The position numbers and the translations under genes are program-made. DNA of 58,443 nucleotides, the filler included, from Sluysia triapertura (Eukaryota): the NCBI GenBank assembly GCA_046118255.1. It is 5 parts of 5 records of this genome, joined end to end, with 100 filler letters (N's around TTAATTAATTAA, not from the genome) between each part and the next. Parts side by side here need not be neighbours in the genome. Positions count along the whole stretch, not along the records: positions 47,299 to 58,443 come from JBJNIA010188311.1; 4 more parts are not named here. The stretch is one strand, 5' to 3'. The notes below the pieces were generated by a model, which ran no database searches, was not told where the DNA came from, and worked only from the letters and a program-made list of their open reading frames with translations. This document shows, piece after piece, positions 50,217 to 58,443 of the stretch (positions are counted from its first letter, which is position 1; the number at the start of each line of letters is the position of its first letter).

Positions 50217-53200
50217 GTCATTTTGAACAATTAGATAATATTTATTTTATTTAATATTTAATAGGGCTTTAGTGCCCTACTAAACAGATCCGCTCCTAGA
50301 AGTTTCTTAATTCTCGCGGAGATTTCAAGAAAAAATCGTAAATTGATTATGTATAAGTTTTCCCTTTCATAAGGTACACTCAAAATCCAATTACATTTTC
50401 GGACAGATTAATTCCAGCCTTAAAATCACTATAAATTTCCAATTTCAAATTAAGATGTAACCTTAGTTTTAAATAACTATATAGATTATAATCATAAGTG
50501 TTGTAACGTAATCATTTTTATATTACGTTATTTTGTATAATTTATTTTCGTGTGTATTAATTTTTTTACTTAGAAGTAGTTTCATAATAAAGTATTTTAA
50601 TAATTAGTTATAATACAAAATAGATTAGGATAATTGTAAAGACACTCGATTATATAAAAGTAAGAGAAACAGTAGGAATCGTTCAACTTACATTAATTAA
50701 GGATTCCTGTTAAGCTTCGTTTGTGTTTCATAAATTCTTGTAACTGTGTCTTCCAAATAGCACGTTAAACGTTGACTACAAGCGAACCAAAAATTGTATA
50801 TTTGCTAATCCAAATAGGGAAAAAACCCATCATCATACAAACCATAATATTTTTACATCCTGATAAACGAAATTCATCCATCACATAAAGTCGCAAGGGC
50901 GCCAGTTATAATTCATCGCTACAAGTAAATACCGCTTTATGTTTATCTCTTTCTTCAATCTCAGTCAATAACCGCTTTGAAAATTAAGAATCGTAAAGAA
51001 AGTAATGTTTGCAATATAAAAACAAGTTACAAAATATTTAAATAAGAATAAAATAATGCTAGAACGTATATAGTATTATAAGCTATTGTTTTTTTTTGCA
51101 GTAATTTAAATGTTAAAGCATACTCAAATGACTCAATTACTAAAACTTGAAATTTTTAATTTCCCTATTAATCGTTAATTTTCAAAATTTGAATTTCTCG
51201 ATACAAAACATATATAGCTCACTAGCCACGAGTTTTGCATCGTAAGCTTAGATTAATATTGATTAATATTATTATTTGTACAGCTATTATATTTATTACT
51301 ACAATTACTGATATTATTATTATTATAACTTATTATTACTATTAATATCATTTTAAACATGTCAGAAGTGCGACTTAACTATGTTCTTTAAAACAAAAAT
51401 AAACGGGAGTATTATCATATATATAATATAATGTATGATAATCAATCATATAATATAATCAAACTTCTCATTTGAACTAAAGTAAGATTTGATAAATCAT
51501 CCCCATATTGATTTTTTCATTTGCTTGACTTTTAACTAAAGATTTTTACAAAGATTTTTGCAAAGATTTAAGTTTTTGCTAAATGGCATTACAAAATTCT
51601 GACCAAAGTGGAATTATTCATTTTATAATGTGTATTATTTTGTATTATCTTATTTTATAAATATATTATGTTGATTTTTACGTGTATTTTCATTACATTA
51701 TTTCTCGTATTATAGTCAAAATAGTTTTTCCTTTTCTAAAGTATACATAATTGATTTCATTTATTATTTAGTATAATTTTCGTAATTTTTTAAAATTTAA
51801 TAAAGTATTATATGTTTACTGCGTTTCATAGTGAATTTTAATTAGTTTTCCTTCTTTTTTCTTGTCCATTTCCTTTTAATGGGTTTTAATTTTTTCTTTT
51901 CTTTTCATGTTTTAATGTTAATTTTTTAAATCTTTTATTTCTGGGTTGAATGTAATTTTATTTATTATTTTTAATTCATAACTTTTTTGTTAGATTTATT
52001 TTTATTTATACTCTTTCTTAAATTAATTTTGATAGTGAAATTGTCATTTTTTTAATTATGTAACATAATTAAAAATACATTATTAATATTTATTATTAAA
52101 GATGTTTTAAGTAACGAATATGACTACAAATATTATGAAATATAAATAATTTTCATAATTAAAATTATTCATTCACTTTTTAATATAATAATGGAATCAT
52201 TAAACGTTGACAGAAGATTTATTCTGGAATTCTATTTATTTATTTAATTAAATGATGCGTTGACAATACTAATTAAGACTTTTCAAAAATCGCGCATGAT
52301 TAAGTTATTTCTCTGCACCATATTTAAAATGCATATAATTTTGTCTGTCCTTTACTTATTTCATTGTCAGATACAGCTGAGTAAGTAAGATAATTCTACA
52401 AAGTGGCCCATTTTTAAATAGCCTAAGACTTCAACAAAAAATATTTATTTAACTAAATTTTATTTATAAAACAATGATCAATAAACTAATAACTATTGTA
52501 AATGGAGTTTAAATGGAGTGTAATTAAAGCGTATGGTGAATAACTACTTTTAAATTTAAGTTGTAATGAAAACTTGTCACTTAGTCTAAATTTAAATTCG
52601 ACTTAATGCATTTAAATCTACTCTTTATGATTGTTTACTGATTCTTACTCACTTTAAACTTTAAGCAAATATAAACTATAAAACTTTTACTTTTAATTCT
52701 GTTAAAATTGCTCTAGTTTAACTTTAGGTTCAGTAGCGTCTAAGTACTAATATTAAATAACTTTAAAATCAAAGCGTCAACTCGTTTATGATGTAAGAGA
52801 TGTACATGGCATCAGAACGAATTTACATAGATTTGGTACTGCCGATAAGATAATTAAAAAAATGCACAAGAACCATTATATGCTTCAATACTTAGTGATT
52901 TCTAAATTGTTGCAACGCGTAAACTATAAACTTAACGTGCAAATAAGTGAAACTGTGTTCCACGATTTAAGCTGTAATTTTATTTATTTATTTATTCATA
53001 CGTGTGTGTGTATTGAGGGTCTATAGAACAATATTTTCCTTAGGATGGTCACTTAACTTCTTTTGATAATTAACATTTATTCAGCCTGACTCTTTGAAAA
53101 GTGAATTTGTCCCTTAGAGACCTTATCGAATAGTATTCTTTTAGTTTTACAATATTCCTTCGTTATTATATAAATTATTTAGTTTTCTGTATGAGCGCCT

Positions 53201-56200
53201 TATCATTTTATACGTAATTCTTATTTTTGCTTCCGACTGATTTGCGACTTACCTTTTTATTAATTTGTTACCTTTTCTCGAATCGAATGTATCAAAAGTT
53301 AAAGTTACTTATTTATTAGTTTCTCACTAACTAAGCATAACAATAACAAAACTTCTTTATTTATTTTAATAATTCTATTAATTCTTTTATTTATCACAAA
53401 ATCTCATTATAACACTCCAAATATTTATTATATGATAAATGAAAAAGGTGCTAAATTGATAAATGACATAAATTAAAATTACAAATGTACACATTCAGTT
53501 TATAAATTAGTTATTCCAATAAAAATATTAATCCTAAAATTTCTTTTAGAATTTTGCTATCAGAATATTAAAAATAAATTTATTATATCTAAGTTAACCT
53601 AGATTAATTGTAATACTTTTAAGAAGTAATTTATTTTTCAATTAACAGAAAATAGTAAAATATAAAAATATAAAAAAAATTGTAAAATATAAATTTTGTA
53701 ATATAAATCTTGTAAAGGTAAATAGATAAATTAAAATTTAATAATTCTTATAAAAACAGAAATTAAAATTTCGTAAATTTAAAATATTATAAAAGTTAAA
53801 AAATAATATTTGTATAAATTAAAATTTTAAATTAATGAAAAAGTTTTATTTCAATTAGAAAAATAAATTTTGGTTAATGTATTTTTAATGTAAATATATT
53901 TTAGTATTCAAAAATCAAAAAAATAAATAAATGTATTAAATAAATAAATTCATTAAATAAATGTAATTTAATCTAGAAATAAATGTATTTTACTATTAGT
54001 CCATTAAGGTAATGGATTTTTAATGGAATGTAAGTATAAAAAGAAGCAAATTTAGTCAACAAGGTAAAATAAAATTTAATTCAAAAATTTATAATTCAGC
54101 GATCTCGCATGGCAATAATTAATTCGCAGACGATCCAAAATTCAGGATTTTATTGAAATTACTATCCAGTTAACAAGTTGTCGTTTTTCACCTCTTAATT
54201 CAAAATTTTACATTACTCTGTTCACACACAAAAACAGAAATTGCTCACTTAAACAATCACCGCACATCAAATTAATAATTAATAACGATACGTTATACAG
54301 GCTCATCGCAATACATTAATCACGTTACGCTATAACATAAATTCTTAAATAACACACTTCCTAGAGAAACAATAACATGTTATTTATTACGAAATAAAAA
54401 ATTAATTATTATTAAAAAATACAAATAATATAAATTATTAAATATTATTATTATCATAAAATAATTTCAGAAATAAAAAAGGAATTGTCAAAAAATATTT
54501 ACATTAGTTTAATAAATTTTAGCCATTAACTAATGGATTTCCAAAATTATTAATTTATGTATTACCATTAGCCTAATGGATTTTAACCATTAACTAATGG
54601 ATTTTTCAAAAAATATTAATTTGTGCATTATTATTAGCTTACACTAGTCTAATGGATTTAGTAATTGACGAATGGATTATTTTTGCTTATAAATAAACGT
54701 AACTAGAATAGATGCAAGCACAATTTTATAAATTTTTGAACATTCAAAATTGATTTAAAAATATTTTTGATCAAACCGAATTGTTTGGAAACGCCTCACA
54801 AACGACTAATTGGAATATCAAAAAATACTCATTCCGATTACAATACTGGTACCGATTACATCCGTGGAAAACTATAATTTATTGTGTTGAATATTATTCA
54901 AGTAGTAAGTCTAAGTTTTATAAGTTCTTCAAACTCGTAAGAGTTAAAATATTACTTAAACTACTCATATTTCCGTTGGTCCTTAAGGACAATGATAAAA
55001 TCATTTTAAATTCTTTAATAAAAATTCGACCAAGCCTTTATTAGACTAGGTCTTTTGAAGCAATATTATTATTTTTATTATTATCATTGTTTTTATAAAT
55101 AATTTATCCACATATTAATTTCACATTTTTTGTTATCATTATCATATAAATAACTTACTCTTACATTGATTATTATTGTTGTTATCATTATTTTGTATAA
55201 CTTTGCTATAAATTTTTTTCGTTTATAATAAACCTGAAGACTATTTGTTATTTCGTTCTACAACTTATAATTTATTAAGAAATAGAGCACTAATTGTTCA
55301 ACGATTCTACATAATTTTATAGTAAAAAATACAGCAACGTTTAATATAAAATACGTTTTATCAATAAGAAACTTCCTAACATAACTAGTAAGGTATCCCA
55401 TTGAATTTCATATTACCCATTAACTACATTCACGTCCCTAAAAGTACTCCATTCGTAAGTCGTATATTGTAGACGGACTCTACTGATCTATTTTGCTGAT
55501 TAGGTTTAGTTTAGGACATTAAACCATAGCACACACCTCTCATTCTCACTTATTCAGCTTTTCTTCACCTATACAAAAAATTTCCTCATTCCAAAACATT
55601 CGGCAAATAACAATCGTTGGCAACAGTAATAATTAATCATAATTGTTTTAATCTTCTTATCATTATATTTTTCATTTCGTGTACATACATAAACTTATTT
55701 TTTATCCAAGAATATATGTTTTTACTAGAACTTTACAAAGTATCTATATAACCCAACAGAACTTTTAAAAAGGCCATTATACGATGAAAGCTTGTTATCA
55801 AAGAATTATAAGTTGGATAAGATATTGCAAACTGAGAAAACATAAGTCATCAAAAATATATTTGAAATATATATATATATATAATGATCATGAAACTTTT
55901 ATTTTATTTATTTTTCTAGATATGTTGCAATCTAACTGAACATTAAGTTATTTTTTGGACAATTAATTTTGATTTTCAAAGTACTTTTAATTTTAAAGAG
56001 ATAATTGGGTTAATAGAATTAATATTAAACAAATAAATTTCATAATCAATTAGTGGTTGTACGCATATTGCTATTATTACTATTATTATTGCTATTTATT
56101 AAATTTTGGTCTTTAATTTTTGGTTAAATTTTATCTACTTAAAGTAATGTATAGATAAAATTTAATTAATATTTTATATTCTATATATTATTACTGTGTT

Positions 56201-58389
56201 ATCATTTTTAAAGTTATTATTATTTTAAGTACTACTATCATTACTACTATCACCACTGTAACTAATGCTGCCAATGCGATAACTCCTGAAAATATAAAAA
56301 TAATAAAAAGAATTAATAATAATTAAACAAATCGTTTTAAAAATTCGATGAATGTAAAATTAAGAGCAATTATTAGTCGTAAATCGGCTTCATACGTTTA
56401 AGTTCATTATCAATTGAATGTGATCATTTTTGTTGAGACTACATTAGTGAGCGAAACTCAAATGTTGATATGATCATTTCAAATATTTTTAAAGCCAATC
56501 TAGAACCAGTTTCATTAGATAAAATGGTAGTAAATTATGTCGAGGAAATATCAATGAAAGTGGGCATGTCAGGGCAAAAATTTTGTTAGAATTAGGTAGT
56601 TACTAGATAAATAAATTGTAGATGGAGCAACATGTGTTATTTTGATGATAGTAGAATTACCAAAAACGGCTGGTGATTTAACCAGTTATGGATATATTCT
56701 GCTGTCAGTATAAGCGAGTTTAGAATGATCTATGAAGAATCTAGCCGTTTTTTAATGAATAATATGATATTAAATGTGGAAGGTGTTGGTCAAGAATGTT
56801 TAACAATTTTTACCAAGACAGCAATGTCTAGCAAACTGATCAGGATACATGTAAAGTTTTCCATCAAGATGACAGTTGATGCAACAATTGGTACTGAAGT
56901 TGGTAATAAAAGCAGCTCTGCGTCATATTCAATATGTTGTATCCATGTCTTAAAGACTCATGGTGTTTCAGTGATAGTAAAAACTCGTTTAAATGTCTAT
57001 GAACATAATAATTGCAATTCAGGTTTTATGTAATAATTAACATTTTGAATTCGATATTATTTATTTTGTTTTTTGTTATCGTCACAATGAAAAAATAATC
57101 GTTTAATGTGTTTATTGTTGTTTATTAAAATCAGTTGAATTGAGGTTTTATAATTATTTTGATTTAAAATTGTTTAAAATAAACTTTCTTAATTTATTAA
57201 TAAAAATAAAGAAACAATCTTTTTTATTTAAAAGATAATTATAAATTATTAAATGAAATAGTAAACTTATTGCTCTCAATAGAAATTCTAAATTTAGTTT
57301 AAAATATTATGATTGCTTTTAATATTAATGTTTACAACTTACTTAAGACTACCATTAAATAGTTGGAAATTGAATTATAATTTAAGTTTATTTTGATTCT
57401 TACATAAATAAGACAAATCCTTACTAAATTAAGTCTAATATCGATTTCTCAGAAGCGTATATCCACAAATAGTTGGAACGGAATGATTGGTTAATCCAAA
57501 AATCGCAAACTTGATTTATTTTGCTTTTCAACTTTTATTTCTGAATTTTTTGATTTTGTTGTTACATCTATACCAATACGTGTTTTATACCAATACATTT
57601 TGCCATACTTATTTTCATATCTTATTATTGCATTAATACAATTAAAAACACTTTATTACACTCATTAAAATAAGATCAAAATATTTTATTCTAAAATTAA
57701 TATTTCATCATAAATTTTAAATTTATTAATATCTTATAATGCATTGCAAAATGTACCTTAACGAATTAATTAATTTAAAATGGTTTATGTAATATTAGTT
57801 TTTATGCTAATATTCTAAATTAAATTACAATCTCTACAACCATATATCAAGTTCAGTTGAATTGAATTGTTTCTGTTCAAAATATTAGAGTTGTGTTCTT
57901 ATATACATCACTTGTATCAACACTTTAATTGTGAATATATCTTTCGTAGTCTTTTGTTGAAATTTAATAGATTCAAATAAAAGATAAGATAAAATTTTTG
58001 AAATTATATTTTATACTAATTTCTTCATAATTAGTATTAATCCATAATTAACTTCATCATACAGACAAATGTACAAATGTACAATAAAAGATACATTTTA
58101 ATATTATTCCATGTATATTTACCATTATATGACCAATATTTTTCATGTAATAGTCAATTACATTCTGCTTAATAATTCTGGCCACATTTTCATTTGCTTT
58201 ATTTATTTGTTATATATGCTATAGTAAATTTTCAGCAACCTTAATTTTATTTTATAATATAACTATGTTTTTGCCAGTTTTTCGTCTTTCTTATTCTCTC
58301 CAGCTCTTATTTAGCTAATTAAGTAGTTAATCTTCTTTCTAATAAGATTCTTTTTTCAAATAAGATTAAGTCCTTAAAAAAATTCAATA

Positions 58390-58391
<2 letters not shown>

Positions 58392-58441
<50 letters not shown>

Positions 58442-58443
58442 TA
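58392..58443. repeat. (ATT)n microsatellite
   Basis: Direct reading. Confidence 0.95.

Overview
This window is very AT-rich eukaryotic DNA, probably from a ciliated animal (KIF9-like and forkhead-like sequences, GT-AG introns, animal-type transposons). It is not one locus. Five contigs (1-12731, 12832-24420, 24521-35346, 35447-47198, 47299-end) are joined by artificial 100-bp N44-TTAATTAATTAA-N44 linkers. Contigs 1 and 2 are dense in decayed ORFs. The standout is a repeated element present twice in contig 2 (+ strand ~12.8-15.1 kb, - strand ~17.4-19.9 kb). It encodes a polyprotein with an in-frame N-terminal array of TPxV..PSxGGxRR repeats, a Ulp1/C48-type cysteine protease and C2H2 fingers. 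Each repeat also folds as a covarying RNA pseudoknot. A UGA-CUA stop is shared by both copies, and the codons after it still look constrained. A second unknown intron-containing gene family occurs in two copies, one head-to-head with the protease gene. The rest comprises part of a KIF9-like kinesin gene, hAT MITEs, an L2-type LINE 3' end, Tc1/mariner relics, LTR/PBS relics, a half tRNA, gene fragments (forkhead, MIF4G, BTB) and dispersed repeats. All calls come from manual reading; no searches were run.
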